This document shows, piece after piece, positions 63,333-64,000 of a DNA stretch of 64,000 bases (positions are counted from its first letter, which is position 1; every line of letters starts with the position of its first letter). A program made the position numbers and the translations under genes. The notes below the pieces were generated by a model that was not told the origin of the DNA, did not search any database, and was given only the letters and a program-made list of their open reading frames with translations. Origin of the DNA: an uncultured bacterium. Its GTDB lineage: Bacteria; Patescibacteriota; Patescibacteriia; SG8-24; DYFX01. The stretch covers positions 198,391 through 262,390 of the forward strand of contig CALCDZ010000004.1 of the NCBI GenBank assembly GCA_937900255.1, in the 5' to 3' direction.

Positions 63333-64000
63333 GTGACGATCCCGAACGAGAGATTGAGGCAAGCGTTAGCTGAACTGGAGCTGCTCCCGGCCGAAAGGCT
63401 TGAAGCCGCCTTTCAAGGCGCGACGGAACGGGGCGAGCCGTTGTCGGAGTATCTGGTCGAGCGCAACATCGTCACGGACGAGAACATGGGGCGATTGACG
63501 GCGGACGTCTACGGCCTGCCTTTCGTGAACCTGCGCAACGAGACCGTCGGCGAAGAGGTGCTCGGATTGCTGCCGGTCGAGATGGTCAAGCGCTCCTTGG
63601 TCTTCCCGTTCCGCAAGACGGCGACGGGGCTCGCGCTGGCGGTCAACGACCCGGACGACCTGGAAGCCATCGCGGCCGTCCGCAAGAAGGTCAACGACGT
63701 CCCGATCCAGCTGCATTTCGCCACGCGGGCCGACATCATCCTGGCGGCCGCGCGCTATCGCAAGGACATCCGGAACGTCTTCGAATCGATCGTCGCCGAT
63801 GCCGAGAGGCGACTCAGTGAAAAGCCGGACCTCTCGACGGACGAGGCGCTCAAGGAACTGCCGATCGTCGAGATCGTCGATACGCTCCTGCTGTACGCCT
63901 TCCAGTCTGACGCGTCCGACATGCATATCGAGCCGCGGGAGTCCGAAGCCTACGTCCGCTTCCGGATCGACGGCGTCATGCATGACGTCGTCCGTTATCC
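63333..64000 (+). CDS. pilB: Second GspE/PilB-family ATPase, truncated by window end
   Basis: Manual translation MTIPNERLRQAL...YGLPFVNL...AVNDPDD...LPIVEIVDTLL...ASDMHIEP...VRFRIDGVMHD; absent from ORF track. Confidence 0.9.
   Translation, partial: MTIPNERLRQALAELELLPAERLEAAFQGATERGEPLSEYLVERNIVTDENMGRLTADVYGLPFVNLRNETVGEEVLGLLPVEMVKRSLVFPFRKTATGLALAVNDPDDLEAIAAVRKKVNDVPIQLHFATRADIILAAARYRKDIRNVFESIVADAERRLSEKPDLSTDEALKELPIVEIVDTLLLYAFQSDASDMHIEPRESEAYVRFRIDGVMHDVVRY

Noticed and set aside
1-64000. CRISPR array or cas genes; TM0106 nuclease (12981-14429) as Cas4
   Set aside because: No regularly spaced repeats seen; the nuclease has the TM0106 RecB plus RNase H-like layout and no cas neighbours.

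Overview
High-GC bacterial chromosomal segment (GC judged by eye, not computed; TGA is stop). Several markers point to a Patescibacteria/CPR genome, probably ABY1/Uhrbacteria-like (inference): pilMNO without pilQ, two PilB paralogs, alpha2-type GlyRS, archaeal-type PyrH, DUF4012, HQLRTP histidine kinases with stand-alone receivers, and GxGC lipoboxes. Most of the window is housekeeping: a type IV pilus cluster, mraY-lon-ftsW-murG, xseAB, pyrH, L10 leader-rplJ-rplL, glycosyltransferases with mreB, holB, frr, glyQS, tpiA, four tRNAs, rpmG, ung, and a two-component cluster leading into a second pilB. The most notable signal is two tandem RiPP (lanthipeptide-like) precursor genes just downstream of tRNA-Trp. 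Each has an LxLxxETxRxL...GG leader, a Cys/Ser/Thr-rich core, its own sigma70 promoter, a shared covarying 5'-UTR hairpin and a terminator, but no maturase or exporter lies in the window. Other highlights: an uncalled 59-aa metallothionein-like gene with 12 Cys; a set of self-contained promoter-gene-terminator cassettes, including a PBP1A with a multi-TM N-terminal fusion; a frameshifted lipoprotein cyclophilin; and window-wide TATG/leaderless-type starts. No CRISPR array, rRNA, integrase or transposase was seen.
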